From assembly GCA_002269645.1 (NCBI GenBank), contig NIVC01000446.1:1-64000 (forward strand): a DNA stretch of 64,000 bases. The letters run 5' to 3'. Both the position numbers and the translations under genes were made by a program. This document shows positions 13,602-25,889 of the stretch, one piece after another. The DNA is from Macrostomum lignano (taxonomy: Eukaryota). The stretch's first letter is position 1. Each line of letters opens with the position of its first letter. A model generated the notes under the pieces. It had not been told where the DNA came from, made no database searches, and was given only the letters and a program-made list of their open reading frames with translations.

Positions 13602-15548
13602 TTAATTCTCGTCCTCGCCGTCGCCTCCGTCGGCGTCTGCCTCGCCCTCGCCGTCGGCTTCGCCCTCGGCGTCGGCATCGCCGGCATCCTCAGCCTCCTT
13701 AGCGGCCGCTGAATCGTCGGCATCGGCATCAGGCGCATCGCCTGGCGCGCCGGTCGCCTCCAGGTTGGCCATCGCGTCGTTTTCGTCTTCGTCTCGCGGC
13801 TGCGACTGAGTCTCGGAGGCGGCGGCAGCTGATGGATCAACCATGGCGCGCCGGTCCTCCTCGGCCATGCGCTGCTGCTCGATTCGCGTCTCCAGGGCGC
13901 GGTAGGCGGTGTGCCGGTCGCGAATCACCTCGCGCAGCAGGCCGTCGAGTAGGGCGCGGGCGCGCACGGAGGAATCGATGTCGGTGTTGACAGCATCCAC
14001 CAGCCAGGGCAGGAAGCCGCTCTCCACGTCTAGAAGAGGTCAGATCAAGGAGAAAATGTCACTTGTTATCTCCTTAGGTCCACGGAGTCAAAATACGTGA
14101 CGTGAATGTGCCGAGACAACATGACATGCCTGACCGTTACGAGTAGAAACTCCTCATCTAACGTAAAGAACGTTCTTCTGCCAATCCAAATGACCAATTC
14201 CAAGTGACGATGATGGAAAAGTGACTCACCGCGCTCCACGGGATCGTAGAAATATCCGTGCTCTGCCAGGGTGCCGAAAACCGACGGCACGAGGTCGGCC
14301 AAGTAGCTCTGGGCGAAAGCTCGCGCCGCGATTTTGTTCGCCGTCTCGCGCTCTTTCTCTTGCACCTCGCGCTGTTGTTGAACACGGCGCGCCTTCTCCT
14401 CGCGATGGCGCCTGTCCTGCTCTTCCAGTCGCTGTTGTTCGACGAGCTCGGCGTTGCGCAGCTCCTCGAAGGCGCGCTGCTGGGCCCGCAGGTTGGCCAG
14501 CTCCTCTTCGCCGCAGACCTCCAGCAGTGACTGCTCAATGGTTTTGCCAACTAGCACCTCCAGGATGGGCTTGACCTCGATGTCGAAGTTGAACAGCTGC
14601 ATCGAAACAGGGGGAGGGGTAGTGAGGTCAATGGTTGATGATACTCTGGTAGCAAGTCAGAAATTAGGCAATAAATATTGCGCCAAATCTTTACCTCGTT
14701 GTCAAGGATCTGAGTCTCCTTGTCTTCACCGCTTTTAGCTGGGACAAACAGCGGCGACGGGGGCCTGTCAAGGAAGTCGTCAGTTTGGCATTGAACGTCG
14801 GCCTCCTCGATTCGGTCCGCCAGCTCTTCTAGGTACAGCTCCGTCTGGATGTCAATGTGCTTCCTGCCCTCGACGGCTTCTGGCGACTTTGGTCGGAGCT
14901 GCTCGCGTGCGCGCTTCCTAGCCATGGCGCGCCTTCGCATCTCCTGCTGGCGTTGAATTTCCACCGGATCGGGCTGCGCCACTGCAGGCAGCACATGCTG
15001 CGAGTAGGTGTTACCCCGAATGACTCGCCTGTCGTACATCAAGTTGCCGTGATGCGGCACCTCATCCGAGTTCCTGCGCGAGTATAGTGAAAATTGTCTT
15101 GATTATCGAATAAAATAACCTCAATAAAGGAAGCGGTTAGCCGGTTACCAGATAATAAAATGACTATTCGCATAAAAAACGTAACTTAATTTCTTATTTT
15201 TTCGATTATATGCAGTTGCTTTAGTTTTTTGGCGTCAAATGTTGCAAAAGCAGAGTAAATACGAGCGTAGTATATCAGTTGCAATACTTTCCCAAGAACA
15301 AAAACTGTCTGCATTCAGCGGATTAATTCTAGCTATTAATTTTTGAAGCATCAAACCTTAGATTTTACTAGAACTCGCTATGGTTTACAGTTGAAAAAAA
15401 ATTAATTAGTAAAGTCAAGCATTCGATGGTTGACTCACTGCTGTGCAAACTGATCTCGGTATTTTCGTCGGTTAGGAACAGCTCTGGGCTGACTCGAAAA
15501 GGTGTATGTATTGCCCTCATTGGGCTGCTGAGCAAGCGCCGTTGCCAT
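13602..15548 (-). CDS. RSPH3: Radial spoke head protein 3; 4 exons: 15548-15439, 15073-14695, 14596-14230, 14029-13602
   Basis: Motifs TYTFSSQPRA, HGNLMYDRRVIRGNTY, GRKHIDIQTELYLEEL, DRPPSPLFVPAKSG, LFNFDIEVKPILEVLVGKTIEQSLLEV. GT-AG junctions checked for phase (2,0,1); acidic C-tail. Confidence 0.95.
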
Positions 15549-16265
15549 TTGAAAAAATATAAGTTGTAATATCTGAATAAAGAATTAGTTCGCTGCGACG
15601 AGGAGCACACTAATCTCTAGCAATAAAACTGTACGTATTTATTCAAGTTGAAATTTGCATTAACTATGGTGCTGAGATAAATCTAAATATAAGATTAAAG
15701 TTTTGCTTAATTTTTTATGTGTTAAAACCTAAAAAAGCAAATTAAAAAAAGATTTAAAATCTTGCTACAATATATTTTGAACATCGCCGGAATATTTGTT
15801 GTAAATATTAATAAACTTTCAGCACTAATTCAAGAAGCGAACGAAGCTTAGCGACTATAACAAAGCGAAAACAGCACGATTGAGTCAAATCGGTTTATCA
15901 TGAATCACGTGTCATTTGTTTATGTTTCCTGGCAGAGCTACAGCTACTGCTACAGGCCCAACTGGAATGACAATAAGCTATTAATTCATCATAATTTGAT
16001 GATAATTCTTCATTATTTGCTTTCGTCTTTAGATTGGCAGATTCTATTTTAATTTTTTATCTCAGACTGTGAGACTCAGTCTTATTTCATCATGGACGTG
16101 ACGCTTGATAAAGACGATTAGAAAAAAGTTTTTTTCGACTTTTAGACGTATTACCCTAAATACTATATACAAACACTGCAAAATTATGAATAGGGGCCTA
16201 TGAATCAACAATTTATTAGTTATAGGCCAAGGCCCTAGGCCCTAAAGTTTACAGACAGACTATTA

Positions 16266-16357
16266 CTCTTAGCATGTGCCATCCACCATGCCTAACTATT
16301 GAAAACATTTTAATGCAGGCGCCATTATATTGTTGTTGGCATGGCACATGCTAAGAG
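16266..16357. other. Perfect 17-bp inverted repeat (CTCTTAGCATGTGCCAT / ATGGCACATGCTAAGAG) with a 58-nt spacer; small foldback element
   Basis: Arms at 16266-16282 and 16341-16357. Confidence 0.75.
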
Positions 16358-16381
16358 AGAGTAGCAGGCCCATTCCTATAT

Positions 16382-17067
16382 GAATTCCAGTTGTTTCGCC
16401 CCCAAACTGTTTCAGCCATAGACATTTCGCCCCTAGACCATTTCGCCCATAGTCTGTTTTGTCCATAAACCAGTTTGGCTATGGACCGTTTCGCCTCCAA
16501 TTTAGGCATGGGTATTAATGTACTATTATGTATTAACTAGAGATATAGCTGTACATGTATCTTTATTTTCTTTTTTTCAATGCTAATTTTTAGTTTTAAT
16601 GTTCAACAAAATATGATCTGAATTGTTGCCAAAACAATTGTGTTATTGCATTATTGCAATTTTGTTTATTACGATTGTGAATTATTACAAGTTTTTTAAG
16701 TCATTCCTTTGAAAAGTTATAAGGCTAGGTATTAGGCCAGAAATATTTGTACTAGAGCGGTATAGACATACAAACCTTAGAGATTTAGTATATTTGGATT
16801 GTTGGTGTTTTAGCCCCTGGAGTGGGGGTGGCTACTATTGAACCTTGCTTATAATAAATCATATCATTGGTTGTCAGTGCTTTTGACACTTATGTCTCAT
16901 CTCGCATATTCTCAGCTCATGACTTTGTTCATTTCAACCCTGGTCCAAATTAGAGGCGAAATAGTCCATGGCCGAAATAGTTTGTGGGCAAAACAGTATA
17001 TGGGCAAAATGGTCTAGGGGTGAAATGTCCATGGCAGAAACAGTTTATGGACAAAATGACCGGTTAC
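16382..17067. mobile_element. MULE/Mutator-like MITE with ~120-bp internally repetitive TIRs and a 9(-10)-bp target-site duplication
   Basis: TIRs about 16385-16505 and 16945-17065, built from TTTCGCCC/GGACA subrepeats. TSD TTCCTATAT at 16373-16381 and 17068-17076. The two TIRs differ mostly by transitions. Confidence 0.8.
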
Positions 17068-19299
17068 TTCCTATATGTATTATAATTTAGCTATAAAAGG
17101 TTATATTGCTATTATTGACACAGTATTGTCAGGAAAGCTGCCTTTTATTACTTTCAAATTAAAGAATATTCCCATCTCTAATTTTAAACCTTAGCCTTAG
17201 TGTTAGTGTTAGGCCTCAGTACCCAATATTAAGGAACATGGTATATAGGCATATGCTTTAGGCTTAAAATATTATTTAGAAACAAAAACTTTTTGGCCCA
17301 ATGCTTAAAATGCCAATTCTCAAAACTCAAACTCAAATATGCCCTAATCATTAGATTTTTTATGCTTTGAAATAGTCTCATATTCTATTAAAAGTTATTT
17401 AAATATATTTTAAAAGTTAATTAATTTAATTAAGTAATTAATTTAAAAATAAAAAAAAATGAAAATGTAAATCATATGTAAGTCACTATTTGACAGAATA
17501 GTAGTCGCATGACTGCTCTCAGCCAATAGCAATTTACATGTTTATGTTGCCAATAGAAATGGCCAAGTGATTCCCAAGGTTGCGCATGTATATTTTATTT
17601 TATTGCATTAGATAATTGATGCATAGCTAAAGCATCTGGGCATGGTACGCAAGCCTAAAAGTGGCTAGCTAGTGCATGGTTGCCATGCCATCTAACATAA
17701 ATAGTACCAGCTTATGCATTATTACATTGATATTATAAAGCTTGGCTACAGACTTCAAATCAGCCTTAGGTATAATAGTAATTAGTGTTCTAGGCCTCCT
17801 AGCCATTTGACAATCATTAGATAGGCTAAGAAGTTTATGAAAGCATAAAAATAATTTAACACAATTAAGTTAACGATTGCCACTAAAATAAATACCTTGT
17901 CCTTATAAATAGTTAGCCTATTACAGACTACTCAATATTTGTCCTTATATATTTTATTTTCATAATGAGTTTAAACTAACTAAAGCAAGTAGATAGATAG
18001 AGTTTAGGCTTGATTTATATGTTTATAGCTTAGCATTTTTCATTGGCTCATAGTATTACTCATACTATAATTAATGCAATATATGAAAGGTGTTTCAAAA
18101 GAAACAAATGAGAATATAACTTCTTTGCTTTCAAAAGGATAGATTTGTGGTCAAATGTAATTGGAAAATAGTTATAAAAATTATACAATATATAAAAGAT
18201 AATAAAATTAGTCTTTTTTAGTTACCATGTAAATAATAACATTACTTTTTATACAGTACCATATAAATAACAAGTGCCTTAATTCACAAGTCAAATTTGC
18301 CTATTAACAAGTTTACTTTTTGACTAAAAAACTAGGTAAGCTTATTGTTAATATCTTATAATATGGTAATAAATATTATTTAAATCACATTGCAAATTAT
18401 ATATATGAAACCTAAAATTGGATACAAAACAAATATAAATCTATCTAACCTTGCTTGCTTGCTTTATCTTGCCTTTCTAGTCCTATTTTCTTGCCTTGTT
18501 TAGTGCTTATAAGCTATACCACCTTTAGTCAAAAAAGTAACATAGCTTATATTAAAGTATAAGTTAAGTAATCTCTACAGTGTTAAAACCTAATATAGTT
18601 TTGTGCTTTCTAATGCTCTGATTAAAGCTGAGCTAAAACAAATATTTGGAATATTTATTTTTGAACTAATGTAATCAAATATTAAATTTAAATTGTAATT
18701 GAAAAATTAATAATCTAAATACCAAATAGTCATTTTAATATAAAGACAAAGATTTAGAACAAGTCAAGTTAAGTATTAATATAGTTCATAATGTTGTTTA
18801 TATAGTTTTTAAGACAAATAAAAGGAAAAATTATGCTGCATAGGAATAAAGGAAATAAAGACTAAGAAGTTTATATTTAAAGAGTTTAGAATATTAGAAG
18901 CCTTGGGCATACATGTCTAATATCTGGCAATGGCCAACTTGGCCAATTAAACTTGGTGGCAAAAGGTATAGCTAAGATAAATTGCAAAAAAGCTAACCTA
19001 AAAAAATTGACAAAAGGGGAAGACAAAATAGGTAAAAAAGAAAGAAAAAATAGGAAGAAAAAGAAAAAATGAAAGGAAAGAAAAAAAACAAGACAATATT
19101 GCAGCTAAAGGCAACTAAGGTATAGCTAAAGATAGCTAAATTCAAGTGAGTGCTAAAGTCTATTGTTAAAAAGGGGGTAAATTTGCTAACAATGTAAATT
19201 TATGTGAATGGTAAATCACAGGATTCTTTTTTCTGACTCATTTTTATGATTGCAGACACAGAAACTTTTTTATATTTCATGAACAATGAAATTAGACTT

Positions 19300-20022
19300 A
19301 CCTTGCAAATGGTCTCCGCCAAGATGGTTGTTCCAATTGATTGGCACAATTGATGAAGCTATTAGATATTTTGGCACATCCAAAATTGTAGCCAAAGACT
19401 AGAATTGGGTTGGTTATACACAAAGACTGATATTAGAGCACAGGGTGCTTTTTCTAAACAAAACCAAATCACACAATCTAAAGGAATTTGCAATGTTGAT
19501 GCAGTCAGTGGTTGTTAATGTTGCAGTTAGCACCATCCATGGCACCAATGGCATGCTGTCACGGAGGCCTCTGAGCTTCAGGTAGGCCAGCCTAAAGTCA
19601 TTGTCCTATTTGTTTAAGCAGTGTGCCTCATCTAGGATGATGCAGACAAGCTAGCGCAGCTTGACAAGGTGGGCAATGAAGGCTCGGGTCTCAGCTAACA
19701 ATTCTGCCTTCTCTAGTATGCAGTATACCAGTGTATAGGCTGAGGCAAAACTCAGATCTGCACTTGCCACTAATATGCTGTAGGCCTTAATACTCTTCGG
19801 CAGATTCCACAGCTGATCCTCAATCAGGCTAAGAAGAGGTGAGATAACTAGCATTACCCCAAGCATTAGCATAGCCAGGAAGTGGTAGCAGAGGCTCTTG
19901 CTGCCACTAGTGGGTAACACTACAAAAATATATGATGGAGTATTGATACCAATCAGAATTATATCCTCCTGCAATTTATCTTGAAAATTGTTATGGCCAG
20001 ACAGGCTTAAGGCAGCTTGCAT
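19300..20022 (-). pseudogene. Degenerate RecQ-family (SF2) helicase frame with in-frame stops; possibly a relic of a helicase-encoding DNA transposon
   Basis: One frame reads VLPTSGSKSLCY (motif I), LVISPLLSLIEDQ (Ia), VYCILEK (for YxTPE), *LVCIILDEAHCLNK*DNDFRLAY (II, for DEAHCxSxWGHDFRPxY) and VLTATL (III). TAG at 19653-19651 plus further TAG/TAA downstream. Confidence 0.85.
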
Positions 20023-21281
20023 TATGAGACTTTAAAAATATTCCAAAAGCTCAGATAAAAAGATCACGGACCTAAATTTGGAATATTAACAAACTAGAAT
20101 TTTTAATTTTTTAAATCACTTATATATGGGAAAAAGTGTCACAAGAGTAATGTCTGGGTTTTTAGTACATCCAATAGATTACCACCCATAAAATGGGAAT
20201 TGCCCCTAACTTCATTGTACATTCAACTTTTAACCCTACAAAATTTGTGGGGAACTCGTATGTTTACTTCTTGCTAAATGGCAAATTTTCTATTGCCTAT
20301 ATTTTTTAGCATTGCTTAGCAAGTAATATTTTTATGCTTTATCCATTTTATAGCATTTCTGTAAAGACAATTTGTGCTTAATGCTCTTAGAGCTTTCTAT
20401 ATATACTGTCTTTCTATATATATTTTTTTCTAAGAATATTAACCTTTGGCTATTGAAAATGTTATTTTTTGCTGCCATGCTTGAATATTAGATTGTGGGT
20501 TGTTTTGAACATATTTCATGCAGATTTTGCACTAAATTATAGAATAATGTAATTGTTCTGAGTTCTGAATACAAACAAACCAAGTCTTTATCTCCTAGGA
20601 AACACATTTCTAAAAAAGTACCTACAACATAATAAGTTATAAGAAATTATCTAGATTAATCAGGATTTCCGGGACATTGGCTGCAGCAAAATACTGTATT
20701 CTTAGCTGGAATTTCAGGTTTTAAAGAGCACATTTTGCATCGTTTGCTTGGGCAAGCCTGGGCTTCTATTGCTGGGAGTCTCATTGGTGAATGAGTTGGA
20801 CGGTTAGCCTGCATAGGGGTTTGAACCTGAGTCGGTAGCCAAGCGCATCCCAGTCCTAAGTCGCAGATCAGCGTCTTGATGCTATTTTCTAGGAAAGTTA
20901 AAAATTTGGCTGTCCCACCACATTTCTTGTATAGTGTCCAGGAGTTTTGTACAAGTGTGAGAATCTAGTGAAACGCAACTTTCTGGAACCATTTATCTTT
21001 TATTTCCGTTCAGTCTCAATACCAATGCAATTAATCCTGGATGAAAGTTTTTAGAAATATACACTGTCAATAACAATAGAGAGATTCTAGAGGAGTTGCT
21101 CACTTGGGTTTTTGTGCCCAAATGATGCAGATGCACAGTAGAGGTTGGACAAGATCAAAATTTTAGCGGATATTTAAGTGAGATTGGAATTTTGATAAAA
21201 TAAACATTTTAATCATTTTTCAGTTATGCAACAGCTCAATAGTATTGAATACAGATGGTGCTTGACAAAGTAACTTAATTA

Positions 21282-21833
21282 ATGTTAACTTTCATGAATT
21301 GTCTCCGCACCATTGGCCGACTGGTGTCGGCCACAGCTGCCAGTGGCTTTTCCAGTGCGCCACGTTTTGCATCAGTTGTGAATTGTCGCGTCAATCAATG
21401 TCAGCGCAACCGATGGCTGTCAACCGTAAATATGTCTGGTAATAATTCTGCTTCGGCTACTTCTAGCAGCAAACAGAAGTACCAGCCAGATTTTGTTCCA
21501 ATATATTTTATACTACGCGACGGGTCAAAAGTTCGCGTCGATTGTCGAGTTGGCGACAACCTGCTAGACATAATTATCGATCAGAATGTCGATATTGACG
21601 GATTCGGCGCCTGCGGCGGCACTCTCAGCTGTTCCACCTGTCATCTCATATTTGACAAAGCTAATTACGACTCGCTGCCTAATAAGGTGACGGAAGAGGA
21701 GCAGGATATGCTGGACATGGCCTACGAATTGAGCGACACATCCAGACTGGGCTGTCAGATTGTTGTCACTCCGGACATGCAGGATTGGGTTATTAAAGTG
21801 CCCAATGATGTAGCCGATGCTAGGATTCTGTGA
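21282..21833 (+). CDS. FDX1: Mitochondrial adrenodoxin-type [2Fe-2S] ferredoxin, single exon, with an N-terminal transit-like peptide
   Basis: DGFGACGGTLSCSTCHLIF, EEEQDMLDMAY and SRLGCQ motifs. The GTLxCSTCHLIF pattern is of FDX1 type rather than FDX2. Confidence 0.92.
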   Translation: MLTFMNCLRTIGRLVSATAASGFSSAPRFASVVNCRVNQCQRNRWLSTVNMSGNNSASATSSSKQKYQPDFVPIYFILRDGSKVRVDCRVGDNLLDIIIDQNVDIDGFGACGGTLSCSTCHLIFDKANYDSLPNKVTEEEQDMLDMAYELSDTSRLGCQIVVTPDMQDWVIKVPNDVADARIL

Positions 21834-22474
21834 TTTGTGATAATAGTTGAATAAGGCATCGCTTGCATTGGCTCCTGGTCCATTTTCTTTCATTATTAAA
21901 TGTATTGAGTTTATTCATTTTGCTCTGGCTTGCAACTTTGTTGACTGCAGAGCTAGCTAGCTCATCCCATCCGCCATTTTTTAGTTTTCTTGATGACGCT
22001 GATTAAAGACGCTTAATTTTGCACCTTAACTGAAAACAAAAATATAAATTAATTCAATAATTCACTGCTTGTTTTGTTGTCTATTTAGTGGCCCGCCTAC
22101 ATTAATTAGATAGAGCTGTACTCTCTTGCTAGTGAACAGGTTTAACAGAAAAAATATGACCTTCAAAGCTGAATTAGATAACGCAAGTTTTAGTTGAAAG
22201 TTTTGATAAAAAGATCAATTACTTGCTCCTAGATTAAAGTGCAACTGTAGCCTAAACTAAAGTCCCTATAGAAATGTACCTTTCAGTGTAAGATTGTTTA
22301 AAAGTTTTCACGTGATTTTAATTATTAATAACTGAGAATTTGTCTGTCTTCAACATTTCAGCTCTGTTTTTCAACGATCAATTCAGCTGTCCTATTTATA
22401 CCCTTGCAAACAACTAAATATAAACTTGTATTTAGAATAGAATTAAATTTTAGTTGGTTTAATACTGGTTGTCA

Positions 22475-23854
22475 ATGGGACCGACTATTGTTGGCGCGAC
22501 CGCGTCTCCGGCAACCACTCCGGGTGGTGGATCGAGGCGTCAACATCAGCAGCAGCAGCAGCAGAATCGCAGTTCCATTGGCGGCTCCTCCAGCAGGTCT
22601 TCGCTAGGCGCTTCTCCTGCACCTTCGTCGGCCTCTTCTGGCGGACAAGCCAGCCAGCGCAAGCAGGAGAGTGGTCTAATCTGTCGGGTTCGCTATTGCA
22701 ACAGCTTGCCAGACATTCCATTTGATCCGAAATTCTTAGCCTATCCGTTTGAGACCGGTCGATTTGTAAAGTACAATACGACCTCGTTAGAGAAAGAATA
22801 TAAGCACGAACTGCTTACTGAGCTGGACTTAGGCATCGACATTGACTTAGTGAATCCGGACACTTATCAAACATCTTTAGTTGCTAAGCCAGATCCCGAA
22901 GATGAGGCTCTGGTTGCCGACGAGACCGGACCTGGCGGTTTACACCAGCGTGCGTCCCGGCACGACAGGATGAAAGCCTCCTGGCTGCGCAAGACTGAGT
23001 ATATCTCTAATGAGGCTAATCGACAGAACCAGGTGTTTAGCGATAAGATTGAATCGAAGATCAATCTTAAGAACAAAGTATTTAGCGAGGCCGAAGATAT
23101 TTACAAGACCAAGGAGAAACAGATTGAAGCTATTGAGAAAACATTCGAAGCCACCAAGCGACCAGTAGAGGAGCATTATAGCCGTCGTGGAGTCCACGCC
23201 GTCCAGGTGATGCCTCTGCTGCCAGACTTTCAACTCTGGCAGCACCCGTGCGCACAGGTGATCTTCGACACCGATCCGACTCCGAAGGATCAGTCCGGTT
23301 TATCCGACGATGTAACCCAGGCAATGATTCGAGGCATGGTCGACGAGTCTGGCGATCAGTTCGTAGCTTACTTCTTGCCAACTAGGGAGACCAGAGCTAA
23401 GCGGAAGCGCGATCAGGAGGCTGGCCTACCCTACGTAGCCGAGGATGTCTACGAGTACGAACTCAACAGAGAGTACAATTGGAACGTTAAGAATAAGAGT
23501 ATGAAAGGCTACGACGAGAATTACTTCTTTGTATTTAGAGAAGGCGGCGTCTATTATAACGAATTAGAGACCCGAGTTCGATTGAGTAAGCGTAGAAAAA
23601 TCGGCATGCCCGGCGGTGCGCCGACCACGAAAACTAAACTGGTTGTCCGACATCGCGATTTCAATCCGGCCGAATTGGCCGACAGAACGGCCAGATTGGC
23701 CGCGTTGGAGCCAGCCGAGGAGGTTGAGGAAGACGATGATGATGAAGAAGAAGAAGAGGGAGAGGCTGCGAACGATGATGAAGAAGAGGAGGAGGAGCTT
23801 ATGGAAGAGGGGGCCGATGAAGAGGAAGAGGATATACCGCCTGCTGACGAGTAA
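22475..23854 (+). CDS. PAF1: RNA polymerase II-associated factor 1, single exon (first ATG at 22475; the track starts at an upstream TTG)
   Basis: MGPTI start; CRVRYCNSLPDIPFDPKF, SWLRKTEYIS, QHPCAQVIFDTDP, QAMIRGMVDESGDQFVAYFLP, YYNELETRVRLSKRR; acidic tail. Confidence 0.96.
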   Translation: MGPTIVGATASPATTPGGGSRRQHQQQQQQNRSSIGGSSSRSSLGASPAPSSASSGGQASQRKQESGLICRVRYCNSLPDIPFDPKFLAYPFETGRFVKYNTTSLEKEYKHELLTELDLGIDIDLVNPDTYQTSLVAKPDPEDEALVADETGPGGLHQRASRHDRMKASWLRKTEYISNEANRQNQVFSDKIESKINLKNKVFSEAEDIYKTKEKQIEAIEKTFEATKRPVEEHYSRRGVHAVQVMPLLPDFQLWQHPCAQVIFDTDPTPKDQSGLSDDVTQAMIRGMVDESGDQFVAYFLPTRETRAKRKRDQEAGLPYVAEDVYEYELNREYNWNVKNKSMKGYDENYFFVFREGGVYYNELETRVRLSKRRKIGMPGGAPTTKTKLVVRHRDFNPAELADRTARLAALEPAEEVEEDDDDEEEEEGEAANDDEEEEEELMEEGADEEEEDIPPADE

Positions 23855-23933
23855 CGAGAATTATCCTTTTTTGTTTCCAATAACACGCCTTGTTGTTTTT
23901 TAATTGGAGCATCAGTTTTAATATGAACCACAT

Positions 23934-24376
23934 ACTAGAATAATTAGATAGGCCACTCAGCACATTTGCGTGTAAGCTACTTTCAGTTCAGTAGCAAGTT
24001 AACAGAAACATTGTAATGTATTTTAAAGTCAAGGCTCGTTTATTGGCTCTTACCCTCCTTCCAGCTTAAACCCTCCAACCGCGTCTTTCCACACTACCCC
24101 CCCGCGCGCCCCAATTTTTATTGCCTTTATCCGAATTCCAGCGTAAAGCGGCCATGTACATTTCAGTGGGATGGCTAATGTACATTATGGCTGAACCAAT
24201 TAGCAAGCTGTTTACGCCTGCAAGCTTGTGTGGGCTCCTAAAACTATCAAACTTTTCAATTCAGCTGCCTTTATTTTTATAAAATAGCTTATGTATTCCT
24301 CTTTGCTACTGAACTGAAAGTAGAAAGCTGTTTTACTAAGTATATACGCCTGAGTGGCCCATCTAGTTATTCTAGT
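23934..24376. mobile_element. Unclassified foldback MITE with bipartite TIRs; no TSD evident
   Basis: ACTAGAATAAYTAGATRGGCCACTCAG at both ends in inverted orientation, plus a second inverted block CTACTTTCAGTTCAGTAGCAA (about 23977 and 24303). Confidence 0.75.
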
Positions 24377-25129
24377 CTCAGTGATCTAAACCAAGTTTGC
24401 TATTCTAGAAAATTTACTCGATCTAGCTTCTGTTTATTAATTAATATTGTCAGCATGTGCCGATTAAGGTTTTTAGTACCTGAGCCCCTCATAATTCAGA
24501 TGGGAATTGTATTACTCTTATCAGTTGGGATTCTAACCCCCTCCCCTAGACTTAATGGAATTCTTTTGTAAGTAAGAGTGTAGAATAAGCCAGTATATCT
24601 ACGTATGTGAGGATTTGTAAGGTAAATTGTGAGATTTAGGGATGTTATTTAAACCCTGTCTCATGTCATTCATTATTTCTTTCGTTTATGTTTAATTGCA
24701 TGTACATATAACATACCGGTTTGCATCCAGCAATTAATGTGAAGTAATACTACTGCATGTACAAAGTAGTACAAGTAGTACATCAGCTTAGCGTTTTTAT
24801 AGACGCTTTTTTGTCCTAAAAAGTTGATAGTAAACAATTGATAAAATGTATAAAGTACCTTTTGCCAGTTGGAGCAAAATGTTTATTGAGTTTTTTATTT
24901 GTATAATACTAAAAAGTCAATTTAGTTTACTTAGCGAAATAGTCAAATAAGAGCTATCTAATTCTAGCGGACTAGCCAATTAATAGAAATTAATATCATA
25001 TTTCGCTAAGCAAGCTTAGCTCCCTCTGGACCTTAGATACCTGATTCAAGCGGTTAGTGACCTGATTAGTGATTGCAACGGGTGCATGACCATAACTATC
25101 TGAGCTACTGTAGGGGTGTACCACTATGA

Positions 25130-25765
25130 CGGACTGAATGACTGTAGGGGTGTATGACCATGACTGTAGGGATGTATGATCATGACCATCTAAAGGACTG
25201 TATGAGTGTATGACCATGACTGTAGGGATGTATGATCATGACCATCGAAAGGACTGTAGGGGTGTATGACCATGACTGTAGGGATGTATGACCATGGCTA
25301 TCTGAAGGACTGTAGGGATGTATGACCATGACCATCGAAAGGACTGTAGGGGTGTATGACCATGGCTATCTGAAGGACTGTAGGGATGTATGACCATGGC
25401 TATCTGAAGGACTGTAGGGATGTATGACCATGGCTATCTGAAGGACTGTAGGGATGTATGACCATGGCTATCTGAAGGACTGTAGGGATGTATGACCATG
25501 GCTATCTGAAGGACTGTAGGGATGTATGACCATGGCTATCTGAAGGACTGTAGGGATGTATGACCATGGCTATCTGAAGGACTGTAGGGATGTATGACCA
25601 TGGCTATCTGAAGGACTGTAGGGATGTATGACCATGGCTATCTGAAGGACTGTAGGGATGTATAACGATGGCTATCTGAAGGACTGTAGGGGTGTATGAC
25701 CATGACTGTAGGGATGTATGACCATGGCTATCTGAAGGACTGTAGGGATGTATGACCATGACCAG
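25130..25765. repeat. 34-bp minisatellite (GAAGGACTGTAGGGATGTATGACCATGGCTATCT)n
   Basis: Tandem units directly upstream of SHPRH, with shorter variants at the edges. Confidence 0.93.
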
Positions 25766-25889
25766 TCAGTTTTTCATAACTTCTAAAGTCAATGAATAAA
25801 ACTATATTTACATTTTGCAGATCTAAATGGATAAACTAATGGGGGTTAATGGCTAGACAAGACGATTCGATCGAGTTTGCAAACAGACC

